A stretch of DNA of 64,000 nt from Candidatus Poribacteria bacterium (GCA_963663765.2 CAXXUA010000013.1:224001-288000), one strand, 5' to 3'. Positions 10,060 to 20,369 are shown, numbered from the stretch's first letter. Numbers and translations: made by a program. Notes: generated from the sequence alone by a model not told the origin.

Positions 10060-11490
10060 ATGAACAAAGAAAATCAATCCATTCTCAAAACAGACATAAA
10101 AAACCTTCCTGCTGTTTTAGGAGGTATACCGGTCTTTGAAATTTCAGAGGAAAAACCATATCCAAAACTGGATCAATGGAAGCAAATCACTGAAGAAGAG
10201 GCTAAACTTGCTTATGAAATGACGTTACGTAACGAATTATCCGGCAAGTCTTCTACTGTAAGAGAATTTGAACATATATGGCGTGAACGGCATCAGACAA
10301 ATTTCACTATGAGTCTTATAAATGGAACTGCTGCCTTACATAGTGCAATGTTCGGTCTTGGTGTCGGTCCAGGTGATGAAGTGATCTGTCCGACCTATAC
10401 TTGGATGGCGTCTATTACACCTGCTCTAATGTTGATGGCTAGACCTGTCTTTTGTGAAGTTGACCCAAAAACGTTGCTCATTGATGTTGATGATGTCAGG
10501 AAACGGATCACATCGCTGACAAAAGCAATAGTTATAGTGCATCTTTGGGGGAATGTCTGTGATATGGATGCGCTCATGGAACTCAGCGAAGAAACAAACA
10601 TCCCAATAATAGAAGATTGTTCACACGCGCACGGAGCATCATACAAGGGAAAACCATGTGGAAGTATCGGCCATGTTGGCGCTTGGAGTTTGCAAGGAAG
10701 CAAAGCAGTAAGTGCCGGTGAAGGTGGCGTACTCGCAACTAACGATATCGCTGTTTTTGAACGGGCATGTCTATTAGGTCAAGTTAACCGAAGTATAGAT
10801 ACCATTGGTGAACCCGAATTAGACACTGCTGCCCTAAATTACCGACATCTTCCACCTATGGGTTTGGGTGTAAAGTATCGAGCACATCCATTGGCAATTG
10901 GGATTGCATCTATTCAATTGCAGAAACTTGACCAACTCAATGAAAACCGACGACAATATCTCAATGAAATCAATGATGGGTTAAAGGAAATTCCTGGAGT
11001 AGCTGCAATCAAGCGAAATGCTGGAACACAACCTGCTGGATACTTTGGATTTCCTATACATTATAAACAGGATGAAATGTATGGTCTTTCAGCACAAGTG
11101 TTTGCACATGCATTACGTAAAGAAGGTGTTTTGGCTAATAACAATACATTTCCCCTATTAGTTGGTGATGGTGAGCCAGTATTTTCTGGAAGCCTACCAA
11201 CGAATAGCAACCCATATCCATTATTACATACTTTACCGCTTTTTATGAATGGACTTGACTTATACACAAAGGGGCGCGGTTCTCTTTGCACATCTGATTT
11301 GGGTGGAGACTACCAAGGATATTCTCTCGGTGACTTACCCATTACAGAAAAAGTCTGTTCACAATTGGTTTTTCTACCACTCTTAACAAATCCGGTACCA
11401 AAAGCTGCTGAAAAGATACTTACCGCTATCCGAAAAATATCAAATCATGCAGAGTTATTAGTTAAAACCATGAAAAATAACCCTGTATAG
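10060..11490 (+). CDS. DegT/DnrJ/EryC1/StrS family PLP-dependent aminotransferase
   Basis: NGTAALH, GVGPGDEVI, IIEDCSHAHG, WSLQGSK (PLP lysine), GEGG. Confidence 0.9.
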   Translation: MNKENQSILKTDIKNLPAVLGGIPVFEISEEKPYPKLDQWKQITEEEAKLAYEMTLRNELSGKSSTVREFEHIWRERHQTNFTMSLINGTAALHSAMFGLGVGPGDEVICPTYTWMASITPALMLMARPVFCEVDPKTLLIDVDDVRKRITSLTKAIVIVHLWGNVCDMDALMELSEETNIPIIEDCSHAHGASYKGKPCGSIGHVGAWSLQGSKAVSAGEGGVLATNDIAVFERACLLGQVNRSIDTIGEPELDTAALNYRHLPPMGLGVKYRAHPLAIGIASIQLQKLDQLNENRRQYLNEINDGLKEIPGVAAIKRNAGTQPAGYFGFPIHYKQDEMYGLSAQVFAHALRKEGVLANNNTFPLLVGDGEPVFSGSLPTNSNPYPLLHTLPLFMNGLDLYTKGRGSLCTSDLGGDYQGYSLGDLPITEKVCSQLVFLPLLTNPVPKAAEKILTAIRKISNHAELLVKTMKNNPV

Positions 11491-11503
11491 ACTTTTTTAG
11501 AAC

Positions 11504-13231
11504 ATGTCATTAGAATTTTCAACAATAACACGAACTCATAATATAAATAAACTAAAGTCAGAACCATTAGACGTGTTGGTTATTGGCGGAGGGATCGTCG
11601 GTGCTGCTGTCATTCGGGATCTCACACTAAATGGAGGGATAAAAGTTGGTTTGATAGAACAATCAGATTTTGCCAGTGGCACGAGCGGTGCAAGTTCTCA
11701 ACTGATACACGGTGGTTTTCGTTACCTTGCTAAACGTGACATCAGTCTGGTAAAACAAGCACGAAAGGAAAGAGAAATCCTGCTGCATATCGCACCGAAC
11801 CTTGTGAAACCTATACCTTTAGCAATATTAAGGTACAAGGGTGACCCGTATCCACTTGCAGGAATTCAACTCGCCGCAAGATACTACAATCATCTCTCAC
11901 AATCTGATAATGCAGAAAAGTCTATGCTACTGCGAGATGTACAGAAGATACAAGACATGGTAGGTCCCGTCTCAACAGATTCATTAAAGGGATGTGTTGT
12001 CTTATGGGACAGCAAAGTAGATGATGCAAGGCTGACCTTAGCAACGCTCAAAGATGCTTATCAGAACGGAGGTATTGTAGCAAACTATGTTCAATTCCTA
12101 CGTTTTATTGACCAACCTAGTACATCAGTTGTACCACATAGAATAATTGCGAAGGATACTATATCGGATCAATGCTTTGAAATTACTGCAAAAAAAGTTG
12201 TCTCTACTGTAGGTCCGTGGACAGATCAGATTTGGTGTAAAGATCCAAGTTACGATGGAAAGCCGAGATTAGAGACAAAAAATGCAAAAGGCATACACAT
12301 AATATTACCGTCTTGTGTCGGTGGAAATAGCTCAATTCAATATGGTGTGATTGCAGTGACTCAAGCAGAAAAACACAAAAATGAAAAGCAACGCGCGATT
12401 TTTCTATTACCAGGTGAACACAATACCACTATTATCGGCACAACTGAAACCACGCCAGAAGGTGATCCAGAGTCTGCCCGACCATCTAAAGAAGAAATAG
12501 AGTATCTACTTACAGAAACACAACGAATTTTCCCAAGTATGTCATTTAATCGTAACTCAATAATTGGAACTTATGCAGGAGTCCGTCCTCTAATTGCTTC
12601 CAACAATTCTAAGAAAATAGACGAAAAAGGTGGTCGTAACTTTGTTTCAAGAGAACATATCATCACCGAAAGTCCAAGCGGCATCTTATATGTCTATGGT
12701 GGAAAACTAACAACGCACCGTCTAATCGCTGAAGAAACTACAGACTTAATAACAGAATTACTTGATGTTCCCCGTCACTGTAAAACTGCCGTCTGTCCCT
12801 TGTCAATTGCTATGTCAGAAGGTTTTACCTATCATAACCCAAACACTTCTCAAAGTTCTACTGATCAGCTTATGAAAAACTCTATCTCCGAAACTGATAC
12901 TGAACGTCTCTTCCAACGATATGGTAGCACTGGTTATCAGACCATCACAGAATTCATCAAGCAAGATGGCACACTCGCTGAACCTATTGCGCCTTCTCTG
13001 CCATACCTAAAGGCAGAGATCATTTATGCCTTTAGGGGGGAAATGGCTATCACATTAGAAGACCTGTTGTGGCGACGCACTCGAATTGGATGGACAAAAG
13101 GACAAGGTATAGACATTGCAACGAAAATAGCAGAGTTTATTGGTGAAAAGAACAACTGGACACAGGAGAAAGTAGAAGCTGAAGTTACAAACTACGTAAA
13201 CCGTATTAAGTGGTTAAATCGAAACCTGTAA
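11504..13231 (+). CDS. glpD: FAD-dependent glycerol-3-phosphate dehydrogenase/oxidase family protein
   Basis: GGGIVG, DFASGTSGASSQLIHGGFRYL, DDARL, GVRPL, SREH, GGKLTT, C-terminal EMA.TLEDLL.RRTR. Confidence 0.85.
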   Translation: MSLEFSTITRTHNINKLKSEPLDVLVIGGGIVGAAVIRDLTLNGGIKVGLIEQSDFASGTSGASSQLIHGGFRYLAKRDISLVKQARKEREILLHIAPNLVKPIPLAILRYKGDPYPLAGIQLAARYYNHLSQSDNAEKSMLLRDVQKIQDMVGPVSTDSLKGCVVLWDSKVDDARLTLATLKDAYQNGGIVANYVQFLRFIDQPSTSVVPHRIIAKDTISDQCFEITAKKVVSTVGPWTDQIWCKDPSYDGKPRLETKNAKGIHIILPSCVGGNSSIQYGVIAVTQAEKHKNEKQRAIFLLPGEHNTTIIGTTETTPEGDPESARPSKEEIEYLLTETQRIFPSMSFNRNSIIGTYAGVRPLIASNNSKKIDEKGGRNFVSREHIITESPSGILYVYGGKLTTHRLIAEETTDLITELLDVPRHCKTAVCPLSIAMSEGFTYHNPNTSQSSTDQLMKNSISETDTERLFQRYGSTGYQTITEFIKQDGTLAEPIAPSLPYLKAEIIYAFRGEMAITLEDLLWRRTRIGWTKGQGIDIATKIAEFIGEKNNWTQEKVEAEVTNYVNRIKWLNRNL

Positions 13232-13376
13232 TTCAATAGCTATGACTTTAGTATTACATTTATAGTAGATTTTAAAATTTACCTAAACACTTTATTCCAT
13301 ACCTTTAACAAACCAAACGAACTACGGTTGTGCTACAGAAATGTTCAAGAAATAATATGCTTTACCACAAAAAGAT

Positions 13377-14405
13377 ATGAAATGGCTACGATTTGGAAAT
13401 CCGGATTATCTCTTTATATTATGGGTAGGTTTACCACTTATTGTCTTGTTGCTTTTTTATGGACTACAAAAAAAGTGGAAAATGCTATTGCTTTTTCAAA
13501 GCAATGTGAGTCCTACACATCTTAAACGATTCAAAATTCAAGTGCTGTTATTAGGATTATGTTTTCTGTTTGTTTCAATTGCTATTGTCCATCCACAGTG
13601 GGGAATAAAGCCAGAAACTGTAGCAGAAAGGTTAGACATCATGCTTGCATTGGATATATCCACAAGCATGCTTGCAATAGATGAAAATGCCACCCGCAGA
13701 CTTACGCATGCCAAGAATACCATACTTGCTTTGTTGAACCGACTGGATGGTGAACGAATTGGTTTACTCTATTTCGCTGAGGCAAGCATTGTGGTATGTC
13801 CATTAACCACTGATGTTTCAACGCCCAGGGAAATATTATCAGCAATAACACCTGATACACTTGTTCACAGAGGCACTAATATCTCAAATGCTATTGAGAC
13901 CGCAACTGAACGGTTCATTTCGGCACAAGATGAATTAATAACGAGTAATACTGATGTTGGTGGACATAAAGTTGTGATCCTTTTCACAGATGGAGAGGAT
14001 CATGGTGACGATGCCATCGTTACAGCAAAAGTGGCGACAGAAGAGGGTGTTCATCTCTATTGTGTAGGAATTGGAGCATCAGAAAAATCAGTTCCGATAC
14101 CACTTGCAGATGAAAGCAAGGGATACAAGAGAGATGTAAACGGTCAACTGGTACTCACAATGTTAAATGAGGGTTATTTACAAGATGTTACAGAAGCGGG
14201 AGACGGTAACTATTATCACGCAAATGATGGTATAACAGATTTAATGAAGGACTTAGCGAACCTTGAAAAGCAGAAATATCAGACATCCGCTCACGGTGAC
14301 TTACAAGAAAGGTTTCAATGGTTTGTTGCGTTAGCCTTACTCTTACTTTTTAGTGAATTACTGATTCAGACAAAAATAAGAAACAGCGCGAGGATGCTAA
14401 ATTAG
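13377..14405 (+). CDS. VWA-domain membrane protein, BatB-like
   Basis: N-terminal RFGNP..L + TM + HPQWG; MIDAS DISTSM; PLTTD; GTN; TDGEDH; C-terminal ERFQWF TM. Confidence 0.85.
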   Translation: MKWLRFGNPDYLFILWVGLPLIVLLLFYGLQKKWKMLLLFQSNVSPTHLKRFKIQVLLLGLCFLFVSIAIVHPQWGIKPETVAERLDIMLALDISTSMLAIDENATRRLTHAKNTILALLNRLDGERIGLLYFAEASIVVCPLTTDVSTPREILSAITPDTLVHRGTNISNAIETATERFISAQDELITSNTDVGGHKVVILFTDGEDHGDDAIVTAKVATEEGVHLYCVGIGASEKSVPIPLADESKGYKRDVNGQLVLTMLNEGYLQDVTEAGDGNYYHANDGITDLMKDLANLEKQKYQTSAHGDLQERFQWFVALALLLLFSELLIQTKIRNSARMLN

Positions 14406-14437
14406 ATTTCTTATGCCGCTCATTTGTCGTAAACTGT

Positions 14438-15469
14438 TCATGTCTTTTTAGGTATTAACCCATCAGGTCTGAAGCGCATCAAGAGTATCAATATGATCCC
14501 AAAGATAAGATAACGAGCATCACCAAACTGGTTAGGAAGGACCCATCTGAGTACTTCTCCTAAGGATGCTAGTACTGCTCCGCCCATAATTGCACCTCTG
14601 ATGCTGCCCATTCCACCAAGGACAACCATGCAAACGATCAGGATGGACTCCCAGAACTCAAACGTCCCTGCACTTATACCTGCTCTGAATGGACCTAAAA
14701 ACGCACCACCCAGTGCCCCAATGGCAGCACTGATCGCAAAGGCAAGCAATTTATAACGACTGACATTGATCCCCATACTTTCAGCTGCCTGTTCATCCTC
14801 TCGGATCGCAACCCAAGCCCTACCAACCCTCGAATGAAGCAATCGATACGTTACAAAAACAACGATTGCAAGCAGTATGAAAATCTGATAATAGTAATGC
14901 CAAAGTTGATCAAGTTGTATATTGAAGATCTTCGGTGCAGGAATATCGTTTATCATGCCATCAATATCACCAATTAACCAATCCTCAACTTTTACAATAC
15001 GGAAGAGTAATTCAGCAAACCCAAAAGTTACAATAGCAAAATAATCGCCTGTTAGTCTTAACGTAGGCACGCCTCGCAAAAGTCCCCAGAATGCTCCATT
15101 TACCACAGCAATTGGGAGTGCTATCCAATAACTGATACCTAACCTTGTCATGAGAATACCTGCTGTGTATCCACCGACAAGGTAAAACCCAACATAACCG
15201 AGGTCTAATAATCCAGTAAACCCACAAACAATGTTTAATCCTACAGCAAGAAGCATGTATAAACATACTTCTATTACAGTACGGAGCATTGTATCTCCAC
15301 TTGGTATTGGAAGATAAATGCCCTGTTTTGTAAATAAGCCATAGATAAAATCTATCCCGTACGTAAACAGTGGGAATAGACAAATTACGAAAAAAAGAAC
15401 AATCGTTTTAGATGTGATCTTATTTCGCAATAGATTTTCTGTGTTGTTGGGTGTTATTTTATTTTCCAT
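14438..15469 (-). CDS. livM: Branched-chain amino acid ABC transporter permease, LivM-like
   Basis: GLNIVCGFTGLLDLGY, LRLTGDYFAIVTFGF, GRAWVAIREDEQAAESMGIN, VVLGGMGS. Confidence 0.92.
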   Translation of the reverse strand: MENKITPNNTENLLRNKITSKTIVLFFVICLFPLFTYGIDFIYGLFTKQGIYLPIPSGDTMLRTVIEVCLYMLLAVGLNIVCGFTGLLDLGYVGFYLVGGYTAGILMTRLGISYWIALPIAVVNGAFWGLLRGVPTLRLTGDYFAIVTFGFAELLFRIVKVEDWLIGDIDGMINDIPAPKIFNIQLDQLWHYYYQIFILLAIVVFVTYRLLHSRVGRAWVAIREDEQAAESMGINVSRYKLLAFAISAAIGALGGAFLGPFRAGISAGTFEFWESILIVCMVVLGGMGSIRGAIMGGAVLASLGEVLRWVLPNQFGDARYLIFGIILILLMRFRPDGLIPKKT

Positions 15470-15523
15470 AGGTTTCTGTATAAAATATTATATTCACTTT
15501 ATATGAAGATATTCTCAAAAAAG

Positions 15524-16420
15524 TTATGCGCGCGTCTTTGTAGATTTTCCGAGTAACCCCGAAGGTCGGATGAGGATCACAGCAATCATTATAATATAAG
15601 CAAAAGCTACCCTATAACTGGAATCAATATAACCTGCTCCAAGAACTTCTGCAAGTCCTATTATTAATCCTCCGAGCATGGCTCCAGTGATATTGCCTAT
15701 ACCTCCGAGTACAGCAGCTGCAAAGGCTGCAACACCTTTATAGTATCCCATCATTGGTTCAATTACTTCGCGTGTACCTACCATCACGCCTGCAACTGCT
15801 CCTAATGCAGAACCGATAGCAAAGGTTATTAAGATCACTTGGTTTGTATTGATACCCATCAGATTTGATGCGACTTTGTTCTGTGCACATGCACGCATTG
15901 CTTTGCCAATTTTTGTTAGGTGTATCATTCGATTCAATCCAAACATTAAAGCAAGTGCAAGCAGGATGATAAATAGATCAAGGTAAGGTAATGATGCGCC
16001 TCCTGGTAGGCTTATTGCGTTTTGGCTGTGAAAAAATGCAGGAAGCAGATCACTTGTTATAGTGCGTTGTTCTGCTTTCCAGATGAGTTGAGCAAGATTT
16101 TGTAAACCGATTGACATACCAATAGCAGTAATTAATGCTGATAGACGAGATGCGTTTCGTAGGGGACGGTATGCAATGACATCTATTATCATACCCAACG
16201 CTGCACAGAGTATCATGCTCATCGGTAGAGCTATCCAAAAGGGAACATTCAAGAATGTAACAAGTGTAAAAGCAAAATATGCACCAAACATGAAAATTTC
16301 ACCATGAGCGAAATTTATCAGTTGGATAATTCCATACACCATCGTATATCCCACTGCGATCAGTGCATATATTCCCCCAAGGACTAACCCATTCATTATC
16401 TGCTCTAATAATTGAGCCAT
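15524..16420 (-). CDS. livH: Branched-chain amino acid ABC transporter permease, LivH-like
   Basis: NGL..GGIYALIAVGYTMVYGIIQLINFAHGE, GKAMRA, AAVLGGIG, RPSGLLG. Confidence 0.93.
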   Translation of the reverse strand: MAQLLEQIMNGLVLGGIYALIAVGYTMVYGIIQLINFAHGEIFMFGAYFAFTLVTFLNVPFWIALPMSMILCAALGMIIDVIAYRPLRNASRLSALITAIGMSIGLQNLAQLIWKAEQRTITSDLLPAFFHSQNAISLPGGASLPYLDLFIILLALALMFGLNRMIHLTKIGKAMRACAQNKVASNLMGINTNQVILITFAIGSALGAVAGVMVGTREVIEPMMGYYKGVAAFAAAVLGGIGNITGAMLGGLIIGLAEVLGAGYIDSSYRVAFAYIIMIAVILIRPSGLLGKSTKTRA

Positions 16421-16487
16421 AATCTAAATTTCCCTAATGTCTGCATTTATAGTAGAATGCCAATTTGAACCATATATAGCAAAGCGT

Positions 16488-17678
16488 TTATTCCAACATC
16501 TGTACTTCTGCTGTATCAAATTTACCATCTTTCACGATTTTGACATAAGCGGGTTTATTGACGGTATCGCCATTTTTGTCAAAATAGGTTAGTCCGGTGA
16601 TGCCGGTATAACCTTCCTCTGGAGTATCTATATCAGCCAAATGGTCTCGAATAGCTTTTCGTTTGTCTTCGATAGAAGCATCCATTTTGTATGTATTTTC
16701 AATTGCTTCAGCAATCATACCTACAGCATCATACGACAAAGCAGCCCAAGTATCAGGTTCAACACCGTATTCAGTCTTGAAAACTTCCGCGACGTTTAGT
16801 GCTTTTTCTCCACCCGCACCAAACATGAAGGGAGTTGTAAGAAGCGTGCCTTCAGCTGCATCCCCAGCACTTTCTAAGAAATCCGGAGAATCAACGCCAT
16901 CTGCGCCAAAGAACCGAGAAGTAATCCCTGACTCACGTGCTTGCTTGACAATCAAACCAGCTTGACTATATAAACCTGAAATAAAGATAATGTCTGGATC
17001 TTTGGCTTTAATACTGGTAAGTTGAGCTTTAAAGTCTGTGTTGTCACGGTCATAAGATTCAGTAGCAACAACATTTAATCCAATTACTTTTGCTTCAGCT
17101 AAGAATGCGTCTGCTAAACCTTTTCCATAAGCATCATTATCGTAGAATACAGCAACCGAAGTCAGGTCGGTCAATTTATTTTTTATGTAATTTGCGATAA
17201 ATGATGCTTGAAAATCATCACGATACAGATTCCTAAACATCCAGTCGCTACCTTCACAAACCGTGACGTTTGTTGAACCGGGAGACAATGCTACGATGCC
17301 TTTCCTTCCATAGATTGTTTTACCTCTTAAAGAACAAGAACTGTTAAAGTGACCGATAACTGCAAGAATACGCGGGTTTGTAGAGATACGAGTCGCAACT
17401 GAAATTGCTTCCTTCTCTTTCCCCGTATCATTCTCAAAGTCAAGAATTAATTCCTTCTTGATGAATTCACCTTCATCATTCTTTTCATTAGTCTTGATTC
17501 CACCAGCGTCATTTATTTCTTTTGCCTTAAGACTTGCTCCCCGTTTAATCATTTCACCAAACGAAGCGTTGCTTCCAGTAAATGGTCCTGCAACAGCAAC
17601 CCTTATTTGGTCTCCAGCATCGCAGCCCCAGACCAACGCCAATGAAAATAATAACAATGCAATCAACCCATTTCTCAT
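16488..17678 (-). CDS. LivJ/LivK-type ABC substrate-binding lipoprotein
   Basis: Lipobox LVWGC; VAGPFTG..A.FG, INDAGGI, GHFNS, YGKGL, DFKAQLT, YDA motifs. Confidence 0.9.
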   Translation of the reverse strand: MRNGLIALLLFSLALVWGCDAGDQIRVAVAGPFTGSNASFGEMIKRGASLKAKEINDAGGIKTNEKNDEGEFIKKELILDFENDTGKEKEAISVATRISTNPRILAVIGHFNSSCSLRGKTIYGRKGIVALSPGSTNVTVCEGSDWMFRNLYRDDFQASFIANYIKNKLTDLTSVAVFYDNDAYGKGLADAFLAEAKVIGLNVVATESYDRDNTDFKAQLTSIKAKDPDIIFISGLYSQAGLIVKQARESGITSRFFGADGVDSPDFLESAGDAAEGTLLTTPFMFGAGGEKALNVAEVFKTEYGVEPDTWAALSYDAVGMIAEAIENTYKMDASIEDKRKAIRDHLADIDTPEEGYTGITGLTYFDKNGDTVNKPAYVKIVKDGKFDTAEVQMLE

Positions 17679-17682
17679 CTTA

Positions 17683-18474
17683 TTAGTACTCCCCTTTTTC
17701 TATAACAGATTTTTCAGCGATAACCTGTCTGAAGTCAAAATTAAATTTCAATTTTTCTTGTTTACCATCTGAGTTGACTAAAACAACTTCGGGTATAATA
17801 ATCCTCATTTCTGTAGTATCACGGTGTAGACGATCAAAAACGATAAGACCGCGCCGCTTAGCACCTTTGAACAATTTACCGCTTTCAAACAGACTTTGAG
17901 CTAAGACTTCACGACCTTCTTGCAATGCAGCAATATCCACATAGTTTTGATAGTATGGATAATATCTATGATTAGGGATATGGTACTGCGGATAGGGAGG
18001 AGTTTGAACTGCGTTCTGTTCTGGTTTTTCTAAGTTCCCATAAAGGTCTTCAAAGTAATCGAATGGAAGATTTGCGTACTGCGCACCATTTTTATCAATA
18101 AGCATTGCACTCTCTTCTACCAAGACCCGTGATGTCTTCAAATTGTGAATCGTTAATTCAAAGACTGTATAAATGGGTTCAACGTTTCCATTGTTACTAA
18201 CATATTGATATGGATTGCTGTGTGGGTTCTCCGTTAATGCAAAAATTTCTGCTTCATCAAGTGCTTCAATTGTTACTGCAACACCCTTTTGAACAACCGT
18301 GACAGCACCCGTTTCAGGATGAATTCTTGTGTTTGTTTGACCTTCAATCGGTTCAATGTATATGTCAACCGAGGGTTGTGGTACAACTGTACAACTCACA
18401 CACATTCCACCTAATAATACATAAATGACTATATGTGCAACTTTTGTTTTAATTCTTCTCAAGAATTGATACAT
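17683..18474 (-). CDS. Hypothetical lipoprotein (possible Ig-like/DUF4352-type fold), first gene of the liv operon
   Basis: Basic N-terminus, hydrophobic stretch and CVSC lipobox; pattern FELTIHN...LIDKNGAQY...GLIVF; 4 nt from the next gene. Confidence 0.65.
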   Translation of the reverse strand: MYQFLRRIKTKVAHIVIYVLLGGMCVSCTVVPQPSVDIYIEPIEGQTNTRIHPETGAVTVVQKGVAVTIEALDEAEIFALTENPHSNPYQYVSNNGNVEPIYTVFELTIHNLKTSRVLVEESAMLIDKNGAQYANLPFDYFEDLYGNLEKPEQNAVQTPPYPQYHIPNHRYYPYYQNYVDIAALQEGREVLAQSLFESGKLFKGAKRRGLIVFDRLHRDTTEMRIIIPEVVLVNSDGKQEKLKFNFDFRQVIAEKSVIEKGEY

Positions 18475-18515
18475 TATGGTTTTTGACCTCTACATTCTTT
18501 GAATATACAACTTAT

Positions 18516-18544
18516 ATTTTACACATTACAAGTTTGAATGTCAA
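18516..18544 (-). promoter_or_regulatory. Putative sigma70 promoter for the lipoprotein-liv operon
   Basis: Minus strand TTGACA-17 nt-TAAAAT, about 40 nt upstream of ATG 18474. Confidence 0.65.
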
Positions 18545-18661
18545 CGTTTTTATCACTTATATAAAGTTTTTCTATATATTATGGTCATATTATAGTCAGT
18601 ATAAAGTCTTTCAGGTTGAGTTTTTAGTTGCCAGTTTTCGGTTATCAATTTTTTTGTCGGT

Positions 18662-19043
18662 TTACGCGAGGAACGGTGTGTAAAGTTTTGGTTGCTGTGC
18701 GTACGTGCGTAGGGGCTGGGTCTCCCCGCCCGAACAGAGGCTTTATGCGTGCGCGGAAACCTCGCCCCTACGATGTCCACAGTTTTCTAACGTCAAGCAA
18801 ACTTGATATATGGTAGATTTTAGAATTAATTAGACATTACGGGTTTGTAGGAGTGAACTCCGATTACCGACTACGAGTGGCTTTGGTCGCGATTCGGAGA
18901 TTGCTCCTACAGAAAATGTGCCTCTTTAATTTCAAAGTTCACCATAAGTTGGACGGACTTTTTTTATATCAGGGTTTCTACAAAAACTTTACACACCCCG
19001 AGGAACGCAATTCGCGTAATCCGTGTAAACCGAGATTCAGACA
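18662..19043. repeat. Mosaic of GTAG-type REP-like inverted pairs inside an outer inverted repeat
   Basis: cgtaggggc (18708) / gcccctacg (18764-18772); tgtaggagtgaactccga (18846) / tcggagattgctcctaca (to 18911); outer IR ttacgcga..ggtgtgtaaagttttg (18662-18690) vs caaaaactttacacacc..tcgcgtaa (18980-19019). Confidence 0.75.
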
Positions 19044-19127
19044 GCACACATGCCAAAAACTTTACAGTTCTTAACGGTGTGATTCAATTGTATATAAGAA
19101 CAGATTTTCTGAATTATCATATGGGTT

Positions 19128-20369
19128 TTACTCATCACTTTTCTCAGTTGTTGCTAATTTCTGATATTGTGAGGATAAATTTTGCACAATTACACCCCAA
19201 ATACATGAAGCTACCATTGCAGTAATAGAAAATGCTTTTCCGGGTATAGTAGTCACAAACAGACGAACTAATTCAATGACACCTGCACTGCCCCCTTTGC
19301 TAAAACGGTATCCAAATGAATCTATTATCTGCTTAGCACGGTATCTTTCATCATAAGAAAGTGGCATGTAGAATAGTTCTTTACCTGCGCGAAATAGCGA
19401 GTAGTCAAGTGCTTTAAACGTTATATAGGAAATTCCTCCAGTTCTAAGTGATGGTCTTAGTGTGAGAAAGAAACCGTTAATGAGATGTACAAGTGGAATG
19501 AATATGTGAATTATACGAACAGAAATAAATCGTAGTGTTATAGGGACAACAATCAATTGTAGAACTGCAGAAATTGCACCTAGTCCAGCATAGAAATTAC
19601 CGTAATACGCACTCATTTCATCCTCATTGGTTATCTCTGTTTCAACTAATCCATTGAATCGGAGGTCAAGTACTGTAGAAATAAGTTGTGTAGTTAGGAT
19701 CAGTAGTCCAATGAAAACAAGGTATTTTGAACTAAAAAACGTCTTAACACCTAAGTGACCACGTTTTCCACCTTCTTCGGCAACACTCGGTTTTGGTTCT
19801 CCTGCAAATTTATATGCGATAACACCAAAGATAGCCGCGGGTATTAGTGATGCTGCAGTGAAAACGAGAAAGATTTCAGAACCTAAGGTTGTTGCCCATT
19901 TTCCTACAAGTAATCCCCCCGCGACAGAACCTACAGAAGCAATTGCACAGAATGGTCCGTTTATGGTTTTTGCTTGTTTAGATGAAAGGACACTGTTGAC
20001 AAATGACCAGAATTGTTCAATGATGATAACAATGTATGCTTCACGAAAGACATAGATTATGGCAGCAGCGAAGCGGTAACCCCGTAATAATGCAAAGTAA
20101 CTCCCTATAATTAAAGCTCCTGATAGAATTGAAGTTATCGCCAACGTGCGTGTTGCACCACACCAAGAAAGCAACCGGCCATAAATGTAAAGAAGCAGGA
20201 TGAGACTGGGCGGAACTGCCATCATTACACGGGGAAGATTCTCGGCTGTGTATGACGTAATGAAAAGTGAGTTAGATACTGCCCGGATAAATTCATAGCC
20301 ACACAAGAGAAAACTTGCAGCAGCAGAGATTGCAACAGCAGCAAAAAGGACACGTTTTGGAAACATCAA
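19128..20369 (-). CDS. NTT/TLC-family (ADP/ATP translocase-like) MFS transporter
   Basis: About 12 TM helices; FWSFVN...QAK; ALDYSLFRAGKELFYMPLSYDERYRAKQIIDSFGYRFSKG resembles the TLC/Npt C-terminal motif. Confidence 0.75.
   Translation of the reverse strand: MMFPKRVLFAAVAISAAASFLLCGYEFIRAVSNSLFITSYTAENLPRVMMAVPPSLILLLYIYGRLLSWCGATRTLAITSILSGALIIGSYFALLRGYRFAAAIIYVFREAYIVIIIEQFWSFVNSVLSSKQAKTINGPFCAIASVGSVAGGLLVGKWATTLGSEIFLVFTAASLIPAAIFGVIAYKFAGEPKPSVAEEGGKRGHLGVKTFFSSKYLVFIGLLILTTQLISTVLDLRFNGLVETEITNEDEMSAYYGNFYAGLGAISAVLQLIVVPITLRFISVRIIHIFIPLVHLINGFFLTLRPSLRTGGISYITFKALDYSLFRAGKELFYMPLSYDERYRAKQIIDSFGYRFSKGGSAGVIELVRLFVTTIPGKAFSITAMVASCIWGVIVQNLSSQYQKLATTEKSDE

Noticed and set aside
18553-19074. 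Short ORFs within the 18.5-19.1 kb spacer
   Set aside because: They are translations of REP-like repeats (e.g. VGARFPR, VGAGSPRP), a typical source of spurious ORFs.
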